A stretch of DNA of 32,000 bases from Staphylothermus marinus F1. GTDB taxonomy: Archaea > Thermoproteota > Thermoprotei_A > Sulfolobales > Desulfurococcaceae. How positions within the stretch are numbered: the stretch's first letter is position 1; each line of letters opens with the position of its first letter. Under the pieces are notes generated by a model that saw only the letters and a program-made list of their open reading frames with translations, had not been told where the DNA came from and searched no databases. Position numbers and translations under genes: made by a program. Below are positions 1-9,299 of the stretch, in pieces. The stretch covers positions 750,001 to 782,000 of the forward strand of contig NC_009033.1 of the NCBI RefSeq assembly GCF_000015945.1. Reading direction: 5' to 3'.

Positions 1-840
1 TAGAACAGCATAATATATCTGAGCCTCCAATGGATCAGTATTTATTGGTAAATGTATAGTTTTAGTATTCATCATGTTTAATTTAAACAATATTTCGCGA
101 GCATAGTATTCTTCAACACTAGTTGTCAACAATAATACATTAGCAGGCCCAACAATTTGCTCCGGCGCTTCATAATGTGTTTTAACACCTATTCTCCTCA
201 AAGCCTCGACGAAAAATAGTGAGGAAGGCTCTAATATTTTAGAGGAAGAAACTATTACTTCTTTCAGCATAGAAATCTTCTCTAACTGATCCATATATTT
301 CTCGAGCAACTCATTAATTACTATTGTGAATCCTTCTAGGGAGTGCTTATATAGTCTACTCCCCCTCCTACCTAACTTATCCTTATAATGTTTAGATGCA
401 GCATGATAAGCAGCCATAGACATTAATAGAGAAGCTTCCAGCTCATCGTTAAGCTCTATATAGATTGGGTCATATTTAGATAACATATCAATAAGTCTTA
501 GATCGGCTGGTTTGGGTGTGATGAAAAACACTTTATTACCTGTTAAACTAGATGATTGCAACAATGTTATTGTTGCTCCAGAAAACGGGTTTGTCGCTAA
601 AAACAATGCTTTTCCCGGTTCTCTATAAGCGACTATATAGTATGAAACAGTGTTTGCATCCCCGAATACAACCCTGCTCTCAGGCTCCATTGTCACTATA
701 AACCAGTATAGAATAGATGCAGGTAGATATCCCTGCCTATTATAAGTTATAATCACGTATTCTTTGTTAAGGTTTAGAAAATCAATTATCTTCTCAGCTA
801 ATATGCGGGATTTATGCTCTAATCTCTCAATGTGTTTCAC
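1..840 (-). CDS. SIS (sugar isomerase)-domain-like protein, 3'-partial (runs off the window)
   Basis: The minus-strand frame is open from GTG at 840-838 to position 1 (280 codons, no stop). 'ALFLATNPFSGATITLLQSSSLTGNKVFFITPKP' fits the SIS pattern (x-S-x-SG-x-T ... kvi-iT). This ORF is missing from the supplied track because it is edge-truncated. Confidence 0.45.
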   Translation of the reverse strand, partial: MKHIERLEHKSRILAEKIIDFLNLNKEYVIITYNRQGYLPASILYWFIVTMEPESRVVFGDANTVSYYIVAYREPGKALFLATNPFSGATITLLQSSSLTGNKVFFITPKPADLRLIDMLSKYDPIYIELNDELEASLLMSMAAYHAASKHYKDKLGRRGSRLYKHSLEGFTIVINELLEKYMDQLEKISMLKEVIVSSSKILEPSSLFFVEALRRIGVKTHYEAPEQIVGPANVLLLTTSVEEYYAREILFKLNMMNTKTIHLPINTDPLEAQIYYAVL

Positions 841-848
841 ATATTTAT

Positions 849-1685
849 TTATACTAGCGCTGTCTCTAAGCTTTTGCAACAACTACACTTATCCTCCAAT
901 GGTTTCTCCGGTATTTTCTCTATTATTCTAGGCAATAACTTCTTTGCTTTAACAGTATTTTCATTCATTACTCTTATTACCTCCTCTGCAGTAACAGGTT
1001 TTTCAGCCCATACATCATAGTCTGTGATCATAGCTACTGTTGCATAACAGATCTGTGCTTCACATGCAAGATTTATTTCGGGGACTAGAGTCATACCTAT
1101 AATATCTGCTTTAAATACTTCTTTCCAAACCCTGCTCTCAGCTCTTGTCGAGAACCTTGGCCCCTCAATACATATATATGTTCCCTTATTATGAAGCGTT
1201 AATCCATTGATTTCTTTCGCAGCATCTATAATTATTTCTCTTAAATGATCGCAGAATGGATCAGCCATGCTTACATGCGCTACTACTCCTCCCTCAAAGA
1301 ATGTCATAGGTCTTATTCCTTTAGTCATATCTATGAATTGATCGGGGACTACGAAGTCTCCTGGCTTATAATCTTCTCGTAGACTCCCAACAGCTGAGAA
1401 GGCTATGATCCATTTTACACCAATGCTTTTAAGTGCCCAAATATTTGCTCTATAATTTACTCGGTGGGGAGGTATTTTATGTCCCCTACCATGTCTTGGC
1501 AGGAAAGCTATTGTCCTACCTTTCAGTTCTCCCACTACTACGTTATCGCTTGGCATACCATAGGGGGTGTATATTTTGTATTCACGGATATTTTGTAGAC
1601 CCGGTATTTCATATAATCCACTGCCACCAATTACTCCTATCTCAGCTTTTACAGGAGGCTTCACGAGAACCATAAGTTTCACCAT
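849..1685 (-). CDS. mtnP: S-methyl-5'-thioadenosine phosphorylase (PNP/MTAP family)
   Basis: 278 aa. N-terminal '[10 protein letters not shown]', '[25 protein letters not shown]' and '[11 protein letters not shown]' are hallmark MTAP/PNP motifs. Confidence 0.9.
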   Translation of the reverse strand: MVKLMVLVKPPVKAEIGVIGGSGLYEIPGLQNIREYKIYTPYGMPSDNVVVGELKGRTIAFLPRHGRGHKIPPHRVNYRANIWALKSIGVKWIIAFSAVGSLREDYKPGDFVVPDQFIDMTKGIRPMTFFEGGVVAHVSMADPFCDHLREIIIDAAKEINGLTLHNKGTYICIEGPRFSTRAESRVWKEVFKADIIGMTLVPEINLACEAQICYATVAMITDYDVWAEKPVTAEEVIRVMNENTVKAKKLLPRIIEKIPEKPLEDKCSCCKSLETALV

Positions 1686-2380
1686 TACATAGTTAATAAG
1701 ACATATTTATCGTTTGCTTCATCATACTTTATGAATTGTTTCTCGATAAGTATGTTTAATGCATCCTTATAGTATCTATCACCAACATCTATACCATACC
1801 ATTCCTTAAACCCATCAATAATTTCTTTATAGCTCCACTCCCTCTTCCCAGTCTCCTTATATGTTTCAGTCATCATTCTCTTAATGAACTGATATGTATC
1901 TTCAAGCCTTGTCCATGGATACTGGAACCATGTCCAATCCTTAACCTCAATATAGTAGTAGTCAGGCTTAAACTTGGCTACCGGACTAATCCATTGTAGC
2001 GCGGCTGTTTTAAGTTCTTTCGGCTTCCAATTCTCAGCGACGAAGTCTCTTGCAAGCTTTAAGGTGTCCCCAGTATCAACTATATCATCAACCACTAGGA
2101 CACGGTAATTGTGTAAGTCGACTGTGTATGGAAACTTTATAATAGCTTTCTCCTCAGCTTTAGCAGCTTCTGTCCAGTGTTGGCTCTGAATACTTAATAA
2201 GTTCTCTACATCTAAAAAATCACATAACAATCTAGCAGGCACATAGCCTCCGCGTGCAAGAGCAACTATTACATCAGGTTTATAACCATCATTCTTAATT
2301 ATTTTGGCTAGATTCCATGCCCAATCAACTATTTCATCCCAAGAAACAAGTTTAACCTTGATCCTAGCCATATTTTTCAC
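1685..2380 (-). CDS. Purine-type phosphoribosyltransferase with a C-terminal extension
   Basis: 231 aa. PRPP-binding loop '[14 protein letters not shown]'. '[16 protein letters not shown]' is typical of type I PRTases. The stop/start overlaps mtnP, so the two are probably an operon. Confidence 0.8.
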   Translation of the reverse strand: MKNMARIKVKLVSWDEIVDWAWNLAKIIKNDGYKPDVIVALARGGYVPARLLCDFLDVENLLSIQSQHWTEAAKAEEKAIIKFPYTVDLHNYRVLVVDDIVDTGDTLKLARDFVAENWKPKELKTAALQWISPVAKFKPDYYYIEVKDWTWFQYPWTRLEDTYQFIKRMMTETYKETGKREWSYKEIIDGFKEWYGIDVGDRYYKDALNILIEKQFIKYDEANDKYVLLTM

Positions 2381-2419
2381 CGAATAATTAATCGTTTAAT
2401 ATAAAATAAAGATTTGACG

Positions 2420-2971
2420 CTACTTCTTCTCTGCAAAAACAAGTTTTCCAGGTACAACAAATACTCTACCCCTCATATGTAGTAGTATTCTTGCTTTTCG
2501 CAGGTTCCATCCATATTTCTCGTATAGATCACTTCTAACATGGATAGCTTTCGGTTCACACATGAATAGATCGCATTCTCCAGCTCTAAAAGTGTTTGAA
2601 ACAACACATTCTATGTATCCATAACTACCCTGAATACCTGGAACACTTATGTATTTAGAGGGGGCAGGCTTTAAGCCCAGCATCTCCCATTTATTAATTT
2701 TCCTGCCAGAAACTGTTCCAGCCTTATAAACTATGTTGACATGTTCCTCGCCAACAATATTAATTGTGAACTCTTTAGTATCCAAAATGTTTTCATGTGT
2801 CTTATTGCCTCGTTCAATAGATAATATAATATAAGGCGGCTCTTCACTAACAGGCATAACCCATGAAGCAGCCATAACGTTTAAGACACCATCACGACTC
2901 CTAGAAACAATTAAATAAGCTGGTCTAGGATGCAATACACGGTAATCACTAGGATCAATATCAACATACAT
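2420..2971 (-). CDS. Flavin reductase-like FMN-binding split-barrel protein
   Basis: 183 aa. 'LHPRPAYLIVSRSRDGVLNVMAASWVMPVSEEPP' matches the flavin reductase domain pattern (P-x-P-v-x-lvs...N-x-m-t-x-sw). Confidence 0.7.
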   Translation of the reverse strand: MYVDIDPSDYRVLHPRPAYLIVSRSRDGVLNVMAASWVMPVSEEPPYIILSIERGNKTHENILDTKEFTINIVGEEHVNIVYKAGTVSGRKINKWEMLGLKPAPSKYISVPGIQGSYGYIECVVSNTFRAGECDLFMCEPKAIHVRSDLYEKYGWNLRKARILLHMRGRVFVVPGKLVFAEKK

Positions 2972-3259
2972 AAATAAACACCCACGAAATACTTATACTA
3001 TGCTTCAACATAATTCATTATTACTTCACTATTATAATTTATAATATGAGTATTCACACTAATACAGTTCAACCAGAAAACTCTGTAGTATTGATTAATA
3101 ATGAAGCTCCACCACTATATAATAAATGTCTTCATAGACTATATGTATGATGTTGATAATTATGAATTATGTGATAAACACTATAGTCTGATGGGATATA
3201 AAACACCCTTAGGCTTCTTCGAGAAGAAAAGGTAGCGTGAAAATATAGAGAAAATAATA

Positions 3260-3593
3260 TTGCCTGATAATCCATGTGGAAAACTAGGTATAGACAGGGC
3301 TTCTATCTTCGCTCTAGACTCAAGGGTTTACCGAGATTAAAATAATAATATTAACTGGAAGAGTACTTGATGGAGAAGTATATATAGGTGACATACTTAA
3401 ACTACCCGATGGAAGATTAGTGAAGATGAAATCTATTGAGAAGAATCACGAGAAAGCCGAGAAAGCAATTAGAGGAGAAACTATAGGCATCCTAGTAGAG
3501 GGTGTTAGCTGGAAACTCGATATGGAAGATCTAAGACAATACGAGACCCCTAGAGCTATAGAAGAGTTTAGAAAGAAATATATGAGGAGATAA
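3260..3593 (+). pseudogene. Decayed ORF resembling domain II (beta-barrel) of a translational GTPase (EF-Tu/SelB/aIF2-gamma type)
   Basis: Frame A (3260-3340) reads 'LPDNPCGKLGIDRASIFALDSRVYRD*'. Frame B (3318-3593) reads 'TEIKIIILTGRVLDGEVYIGDILKLPDGRLVKMKSIEKNHEKAEKAIRGETIGILVEGV...'. Frame B has no canonical start before an internal GTG/ATG. No G-domain lies upstream. A frameshift lies around 3320-3340. Confidence 0.25.
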
Positions 3594-3722
3594 AGAAAAA
3601 CACAGACTACTCAAAAGGCTTAATAGAGAAAATTATGGTGGAGGAGGCTAAGAAAAGCGTGGGGAAGATAATAGATTCGAAAACTATATTAGCATACCCT
3701 AATATAATGATATGAACTCTAG

Positions 3723-3860
3723 GCTGTTGCTCTACATTATTTTCGGATACTATAATTGTTTTGGGCACTATTTATATGGGCCTCCCTCCTTAGCCACCTT
3801 ATCTTTATTAGTGATTCATTGGGGCTTTATCAACGGGTACCACGGAGTTAGCCTTACGGT
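3723..3860 (-). repeat. Orphan right-end (RE) remnant of the TnpB IS family found at 17771-19132, inverted orientation
   Basis: The reverse complement aligns with 19020-19132 ('agccccaat', 'gaggg(g)ga(a)g(g)ccc', 'cccaaaa..at(a)gt(a)t(c)', 'taatg..aac'). Like the intact RE, it abuts a CTAG (3719-3722). Confidence 0.55.
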
Positions 3861-4105
3861 TAATTAAATATATTCTCCCACTCCTAATGGCTACTTTACC
3901 TTCAACGAAGCATTGAGACATTAATAAAGAAGCAGATAGCTAAATACTATAAAACATACTATAATTCACCTAACAGCTTTAGTACTTAAATAAGTGAATT
4001 ACCTACTAAGGTTAGCGAGGAAAAGGCTATTTTATAATGAGCATTTAAGAGGTTTGGGGACAATTAGGAATTGTAGCAATCATGTAGTAGCAGTATAAGT
4101 AATCA

Positions 4106-4165
4106 TAACTTGTGGATAATAGTGTTTAGAATAGGTTATGGCATGGTTGTTGCTTTATCTTAGAT
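4106..4165 (+). repeat. Degenerate left-end (LE)-like IS fragment
   Basis: 'gtggataatagtgtttagaataggttatggcatggttgttgctttatc' resembles 7664-7720 ('ccggataccatagttgttttgggaattatgaaaattatggttgttgtgctcgctttata'). Confidence 0.3.
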
Positions 4166-4175
4166 ATAATTAAGT

Positions 4176-4454
4176 TTAAGCATTTAAACAGGTGCATATA
4201 CATTTTCTAACGATTATGTGTTCTCTCAATTCTCTTTGTTCTAGTTCGTTTAAAAGATTTTCAAGCATGTTGGATGGGATGAGGTAAGTGCCTGGGGAGA
4301 GAATTATGCCATTATATTTTTGAATAAGTCCTCTAGATCTATATCTTCTACCCTTAATAGTCACAGTTGTTCCGCGGAGGATCTTGGATAATTTGTTCTT
4401 CAACCTCTTAGAAGCATTTGATGATATTTTTATAATAACATATGTTTCAAACAA
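4176..4454 (-). CDS. Hypothetical small basic protein (92 aa)
   Basis: ORF with a TTG start. It lies 41 nt downstream of, and co-oriented with, the 189-aa ORF. I recognise no family. Confidence 0.45.
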   Translation of the reverse strand: MFETYVIIKISSNASKRLKNKLSKILRGTTVTIKGRRYRSRGLIQKYNGIILSPGTYLIPSNMLENLLNELEQRELREHIIVRKCICTCLNA

Positions 4455-4495
4455 TTATGTATCGCCTTACACATTTATACTGTAAAAGATATAAT

Positions 4496-5065
4496 TCATT
4501 TACTACTCTCCTGCTCCACAACTTCTTCAAGACATAGGTCCTCGCGGCACCTCACACTTGCATCTTCTACTATATTTGATAATGTTTTGGCTTGAGATAT
4601 TAGTTTTTTAAGTGATTCCAACACACCCTTCCTTACCTCGAGAAGTATTTGTAGCTGTGTATTTAAGCTGGCGATATTATCGGTACCCCCCTCCCTGATC
4701 TTTCTCAATATCTTCTCTATAACTTCATCAGTATGTATGAGTGCAGTGGTTAAATGCTTTAATGTACACCAGATACTCTCCCAAGAAGTCCTAAACTCTT
4801 CTCCACCCTTCTCCCTAGCCTCCAGCCTCTCTATCTCAAACATTACTTGTCCAGCTTTCTTTCGAAGCTCACGTATCTCATCAACAAGGTTACCGAATAC
4901 AGGGTAGCCTATGTATGCATCAGCCTCGATTAAATGCTGTTCCGAATGGTTTAAATGCCCAACTAAGTAGATGAACTCCTGGATTAAAGCCTCCTCCCAA
5001 ACAGGACTCTCAGTTATACGCTTCGACTGCCCCACCTTCCTCTCTTCATATGATGTAAGAGCCAT
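4496..5065 (-). CDS. Hypothetical all-helical protein with His-rich motifs (189 aa)
   Basis: A strong SD ('GGGGGGAT') sits 4-5 nt upstream of the ATG. His clusters 'GHLNHSEQH' and 'KHLTTALIHTDE', plus a C-terminal 'CREDLC'. No family recognised. Confidence 0.6.
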   Translation of the reverse strand: MALTSYEERKVGQSKRITESPVWEEALIQEFIYLVGHLNHSEQHLIEADAYIGYPVFGNLVDEIRELRKKAGQVMFEIERLEAREKGGEEFRTSWESIWCTLKHLTTALIHTDEVIEKILRKIREGGTDNIASLNTQLQILLEVRKGVLESLKKLISQAKTLSNIVEDASVRCREDLCLEEVVEQESSK

Positions 5066-5225
5066 ACTATCCCCCCTTTATGCATCTAGAAGCATAAAAT
5101 AGATTATAAACTTAACTATCGATCACATAATAGAAACATCTCTACATAATACCATACGTAGAAACAATGAGTTATAGAAAATTTTTATATACATCGGAGT
5201 CCGAGGTAGTTAATGGGGACTGTTC

Positions 5226-5555
5226 ATGAAGGATATACTCCTTACTACCACGGAGAACATTCCAGGATACAGAATTGTAAAAGTATTAGGCATTGTTTCA
5301 GCAAATACTGTTAGGGCAAGGCATATTGGAAAAGATTTTGTTGCTTCTCTAAGAAACATTGTAGGGGGAGAGATAAAAGAGTATGCTGAGCTACTCCAGC
5401 ATTCTAGAAGATATGTTCTGGATAAGCTTAAGGAAGAGGCTAGAAAACTTGGTGCTAACGCTGTTGTTGGTCTAAGATTTAGCACGGCATCGATCATGCA
5501 GCGTGCCGCGGAAATACTTGCATATGGTACAGCTGTTGTTGTTGAGGAATCCTAG
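5226..5555 (+). CDS. YbjQ/UPF0145 (DUF74) family protein
   Basis: 109 aa. 'ILLTTTENIPGYRIVKVLGIVSANTVRARHIGKDFVASLRNIVGGEIKEY...ANAVVGLRF' is the canonical YbjQ pattern. A TATA-like 'tttttatat' lies about 35 nt upstream. Confidence 0.85.
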   Translation: MKDILLTTTENIPGYRIVKVLGIVSANTVRARHIGKDFVASLRNIVGGEIKEYAELLQHSRRYVLDKLKEEARKLGANAVVGLRFSTASIMQRAAEILAYGTAVVVEES

Positions 5556-5572
5556 CTTATTAAGGGTGTATA

Positions 5573-6244
5573 TTGTTAATGGTGTTATTGTATCCATTAA
5601 CTATAATAATAGTTTCCATTATAATACTTCTAATACTATATAGGGTTACTAAGAGTTTTTCTATTGAAGCATTTCTCATAGGGATCGGGCTCTTAATCTT
5701 GACCCTAATAATCCAGCCACCGATCCAGCAACTTCCCATATTGCTTCTACGAATTAATCCTGAAGCATCAATATATACTCTTATACTAGTCTTATTCTAT
5801 GCCGCATTAGTATCTGGTTTTCTACAGGAGTTATTGAAGCTTATAGGGGTTAGGGGGAAGAATATAGTTTATGCTTTATGGCTTGGTGCAGGGTTTGGTT
5901 TCGGAGAAGCATCACTTGTTGTATTAAACCAATTTATGAATATGTTAGCAGGTGTAAATATTCCGTTATTTCTAGGTTTAGTCAGCTGTTATGAGAGATT
6001 TATTGTTTTATTATACCATGTTTTCTCTGCTACACTACTGTTGCAATACTATATTAGAGGGAGAGTATTGTTTATATACATAGTTATAGCTTTAACACAT
6101 TCATTAATGAATTATCAAGCTGTTTTATTAATTAAACTATATGGTTTATCCTTACCTGTATTATTAATTGTTTACTCAGTTATATCTGTAGTAGTGCTAT
6201 TTCTCTACACAATTTATCGGCAGGGGATGAAAAGACTTGGTTGA
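5573..6244 (+). CDS. Polytopic membrane protein, possibly a YhfC-like intramembrane metalloprotease
   Basis: 223 aa with multiple TM helices. 'GFLQELLKLIG', 'GFGFGEAS', 'YERFIVLLYHVFSA' and 'ALTHSLMNY' resemble the E/H motif set of the YhfC family. The family assignment is tentative. Confidence 0.5.
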   Translation: MLMVLLYPLTIIIVSIIILLILYRVTKSFSIEAFLIGIGLLILTLIIQPPIQQLPILLLRINPEASIYTLILVLFYAALVSGFLQELLKLIGVRGKNIVYALWLGAGFGFGEASLVVLNQFMNMLAGVNIPLFLGLVSCYERFIVLLYHVFSATLLLQYYIRGRVLFIYIVIALTHSLMNYQAVLLIKLYGLSLPVLLIVYSVISVVVLFLYTIYRQGMKRLG

Positions 6245-6689
6245 GAGCAAATATGTATTATACGGCTTAGTATCCGGAACCGTTTCCGGACTAGTTGCTG
6301 GAATATTAACGTATCTAACATTACCATCTGTGGATGATGTGCTTGAACAAGTTAGATCCAGGATAAACATTACTAGTCTGTCGGAGGATATATTGAGAAA
6401 TTATATTAGCCTCGGCCTCTTATTAGCACCATTCATAATATTCTTTATAGCCCTAATACTTGGAGCATTATTTGGTGCACTCTACGATTTCCTAGACCGA
6501 AAAATCCCAGAATCACCTATTATAGCGGCATTACTGACCGGCACCATATATGCTGGAATACTTGTACTACCAAACATTGTTTTAGAGAGCAGTCAACAAA
6601 ATATTATTGTCAATTCAGGACTAACAATAACTTATACATTAGTCTTAATAACATTAACCATCTATAAGAATCCGAGGAAGCAAGGCTGA
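6237..6689 (+). CDS. Membrane protein (150 aa), unknown function
   Basis: The TTG start overlaps the previous stop (TTGGTTGA). Four predicted hydrophobic helices. Confidence 0.6.
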   Translation: MVESKYVLYGLVSGTVSGLVAGILTYLTLPSVDDVLEQVRSRINITSLSEDILRNYISLGLLLAPFIIFFIALILGALFGALYDFLDRKIPESPIIAALLTGTIYAGILVLPNIVLESSQQNIIVNSGLTITYTLVLITLTIYKNPRKQG

Positions 6690-6709
6690 GTAGATAAGGT
6701 ATATACAGG

Positions 6710-7102
6710 TTGAGAGATAAGAACATCGAGAAAATATTGAAAAGTCTAAGAACAGGATTTTATACAGTAATAATTCTAGGGCTCCTCAAAAAACATGGCC
6801 CTCTATACGGCTATAAGATAAAATCACTAATCAAGCAATTAAGCAACAATACACTAAATCCTAGCGAGAGCACAATATATGAGACATTGAAAAACATGGA
6901 TAAAAACAAGTTGATAAAATCATATTGGACGGAATCAAACCTGGGCCCACCGAGAAAATACTATGAAATAACAGATAAAGGATTAAAAACACTTGAAACA
7001 TTGAGAGTGGAACTAGAGAAAATAATTGAAACAATAAATTGTTTCAACAATAACTTTATCTTATATGGCTTCAAGAGAAGCTGGGCGAGAACTAAGCTTT
7101 AA
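6710..7102 (+). CDS. PadR-family winged-helix transcriptional regulator
   Basis: 'ILGLLKKHGPLYGYKIKSLIKQL...STIYETLKNMDKNKLIKSYW...PPRKYYEITDKG' is the PadR signature. Confidence 0.85.
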   Translation: MRDKNIEKILKSLRTGFYTVIILGLLKKHGPLYGYKIKSLIKQLSNNTLNPSESTIYETLKNMDKNKLIKSYWTESNLGPPRKYYEITDKGLKTLETLRVELEKIIETINCFNNNFILYGFKRSWARTKL

Positions 7103-7106
7103 AACT

Positions 7107-7628
7107 ATGGGTTTAGGAGTTGTTGAGGAGAAGATTAAGAAGATTTTGCCGGTTAAGCCTTCTCCTCTAAGAATATTATTAGCTATTCTACCACCAATCA
7201 TTTCAATAATGCTTACCCTCTACCTACTTCCCCATCTCCCAAACCGTATCCCAGTACACTACGATATTAACGGCGTACCCAATAGATGGGATACTCTAAA
7301 CGATTTCCTCAAAATAACATTACCATTCATAGTTGGCATAGAGTGTTTACCCCTCATCTTTATGCTTATAGAATCCAAGGCCCCAATGATATTCTATGCT
7401 CCAAGACTTCCAAAGAAGAAACTCGTAAACCTACTATACGATATAGGAATCATGATGGCATGGTTGGTTATGCTAGCATATATTGATATATTATACTATG
7501 CAATTAACAATAAACATTTAATACCGATAACTATGTTTACAATACTGATCACAATAATAGTAGTAGTAATAATACTGGAAATAACGCGATTATCGATTAA
7601 ATGGAGAAAATACATCAGAGAATACTAA
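7107..7628 (+). CDS. DUF1648 (SdpI-like) membrane protein
   Basis: 'LPNRIPVHYDINGVPNRWDT' is the DUF1648 motif, followed by TM helices. The ATG at 7107 lies 4 nt after the PadR stop (the track's alternative start is 7065). PadR paired with a DUF1648 protein is a common arrangement. Confidence 0.75.
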   Translation: MGLGVVEEKIKKILPVKPSPLRILLAILPPIISIMLTLYLLPHLPNRIPVHYDINGVPNRWDTLNDFLKITLPFIVGIECLPLIFMLIESKAPMIFYAPRLPKKKLVNLLYDIGIMMAWLVMLAYIDILYYAINNKHLIPITMFTILITIIVVVIILEITRLSIKWRKYIREY

Positions 7629-7648
7629 GAAGAATATAATAATCCATA

Positions 7649-7735
7649 AGACCATTCGCTTATCCGGATACCATAGTTGTTTTGGGAATTATGAAAATTA
7701 TGGTTGTTGTGCTCGCTTTATAAACACTCTATAGT
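7649..7735 (+). repeat. Solo IS left-end (LE) copy
   Basis: 'agaccattcgcttatccggataccatagttgttttgggaattatgaaaattatggttgtt' matches 17769-17830 and 16413-16450. Confidence 0.7.
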
Positions 7736-7801
7736 ATGAATGGTTTGAGAAACGGAGATAAAGGGCTCGAAACAAACAATAAAAATTGAAAGTTATAGAT
7801 T

Positions 7802-8248
7802 TTGGTGTATAGATTATTGAATAAGTCTATTATCGATAATGTATCTTCAAAGCTTAAAATATTTGTGAGGAATAAATATAGTGATTATATCGTATATGTA
7901 TACCTATTCGGATCTATTATTGAGGAGAGAGCTACTCGAGAAAGTGATATAGATATAGCCATACGCTTCTATGATCATGTATCTCGTGGGGAGAGATGGA
8001 GAATCATTAAGGAGCTTTTAAGCATGATTGACGAAGACATAGATATAGTTGATCTTGGCAGAGCCTCGCCGGTTCTACGTATGGTTGTTTATAGTCGTGG
8101 AAAACTAGTCTATTGCAGGGATCGATGGATCTTATTCCTAGATCAGAATAGAACTGTAAAGCAGTACAATGATTACCTATACATCGCTAAGCCTTATTAC
8201 AAGAAGATGGTGGAGTATCTTGAGAAAAGAACTGTTAAGAAGATATAA
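7802..8248 (+). CDS. mntA: MNT-type minimal nucleotidyltransferase (antitoxin of an MNT/HepT pair)
   Basis: 148 aa. 'VYLFGSIIEERATRESDIDIAI' is the GS-x(n)-D-x-D pol-beta-type NTase motif. It overlaps the downstream DUF86 gene. Confidence 0.8.
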   Translation: MVYRLLNKSIIDNVSSKLKIFVRNKYSDYIVYVYLFGSIIEERATRESDIDIAIRFYDHVSRGERWRIIKELLSMIDEDIDIVDLGRASPVLRMVVYSRGKLVYCRDRWILFLDQNRTVKQYNDYLYIAKPYYKKMVEYLEKRTVKKI

Positions 8249-8649
8249 TAGGTTTAAGAAAGCTATTGATCTCTTAAGCAAATTATCGTTAATGAATGCG
8301 GAAAGTATTATTGAAGACTATGTTTTAATATCTAGTTTAGAGCGTAACATACAAGTTGCTGTAGAATTCATCATTGATTTATCAAATTATATATTGTCGG
8401 AGACCATAGGAGAAATCCAAGATACTTATAAAGAGCATAGTCAACCGCGTCAGTAAAATCTGCGGGATCGAAAATGAGCTTGTCAAGGAAATTAAGGGAA
8501 TAGTTGGATTAAGAAATATAGTAGTACACCTATACGCCGATCTAGATTATGATATAGTATTGCAGGAGCTACCAAATATTATAAATAACTTATCTAAATA
8601 TTCATTAAAACTCTTAGAATGCATTGATAAACTAGAAATAGATCCATAA
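8220..8649 (+). pseudogene. hepT: HepT (DUF86 HEPN) toxin gene interrupted by a frameshift
   Basis: Frame 1 (to the stop at 8454-8456) gives 'ISSLERNIQVAVEFIIDLSNYILSE...DTYKE'. A shifted frame, open from 8410 to the stop at 8647-8649, gives 'SIVNRVSKICGIENELVKEIKGIVGLRNIVVHLYADLDYD', which carries the Rx4H HEPN motif (RNIVVH). The shift lies around 8430-8445. Confidence 0.7.
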
Positions 8650-8777
8650 AATAAGTATGGAATAACAATATAAAAACAATATTTTCACATATTATAGAAG
8701 TTGCATGTTGTCGAGGGATTACATAGCTATGCTTAATTTTGTGCTGAATACAATCCATAACTACCGAGTGATCCATG

Positions 8778-8943
8778 TGGTTCACTATTAATAAATACAT
8801 CATACAATTATAAAACTACATAAGCATTTCCCATAATCAGCAAAACAACGCACAACTAAAAACAGTACCTTAACAACTACAACAACCCACTAAATCCCTG
8901 AGAACAGCACCAACAATACTTATATGGCAGGAGTCAGCACAGC
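8778..8943 (+). repeat. AC-rich repeat 'R2', copy 1 (left flank of the R-M cassette)
   Basis: Direct repeat of 16446-16596. The first ~50 nt from 'taaatacatcatacaattataaaactacataagcatttcccataatcagca' are identical. After that there are scattered substitutions and one indel of about 15-17 nt. Confidence 0.8.
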
Positions 8944-9164
8944 AGGTTCTTGGTTCCACAATTTTTAAAGAGGTTTCACAGCCTCTTCATTCCTCTTAGA
9001 AGACGAGAACCGGGGGGTTTCGGTCACATAAAGTCCTTCTTCACATAGAAAAAGCCCCCTCTAAGTTCTCATTGATTATTTATAATTATGCAGATCATTG
9101 TACTAAGAATTGTTTTAACTCTGTGTAGGTATGTGAATGAATAAGTATTTTAGTATTTTTCGAC

Positions 9165-9299
9165 TTAGGTCAATTAATTATTTATTAAATCTTATAAGCA
9201 TATTAAATTATCTGGTAGAATGCAGGATCATAGTTATGGAGACCTAACCGATAATTTTTTATGTTTAGGTATCTAACTATTATTTGGTGATAGTTAGGT
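9165..9299. promoter_or_regulatory. Cluster of TTAGGT / ACCTAAC motifs around a T-rich TATA-like element upstream of hsdM (candidate operator/promoter)
   Basis: TTAGGT at 9165-9170, 9265-9270 and 9294-9299. ACCTAAC at 9242-9248 is the exact inverse of GTTAGGT at 9293-9299. Near-palindrome TTAG-gtat-CTAA at 9265-9276. 'aattttttatg' at 9253-9263. Confidence 0.35.

Noticed and set aside
832-1675. Plus-strand ORFs 832-1020 and 1433-1675
   Set aside because: They are antisense shadows inside the confidently assigned MTA phosphorylase gene.
3147-3191. C/D-box sRNA-like arrangement (ATGATGT ... GTGATAA ... CTGA)
   Set aside because: The C box is imperfect, there is no proper D' box at the expected 12-nt spacing, and there is no terminal stem. 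This is probably a chance match in AT-rich DNA. A GTGATGA at 21534-21540 also lacks matching D boxes.
4176-4454. The idea that the 92-aa protein is Cas2-like (beta-alpha-beta start 'YVIIKIS')
   Set aside because: The resemblance is limited to a few N-terminal residues. There are no Cas neighbours and no CRISPR array, so I left it as hypothetical.
5210-5497. 95-aa ORF antisense to the YbjQ gene
   Set aside because: The opposite-strand YbjQ family assignment is strong. The antisense ORF has no recognisable features.
8594-8803. 69-aa minus-strand ORF
   Set aside because: It starts inside the R2 repeat and runs antisense through the hepT 3' end. It has no SD and an implausible composition.
8946-9100. 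Small hairpins (agagg..cctct, accg..cggt) and a 9-mer 'agccccctc' shared with the tnpB 3' end
   Set aside because: The stems are short and isolated. The 9-mer match is not supported by flanking similarity. This is insufficient to call an RNA or an IS relic.
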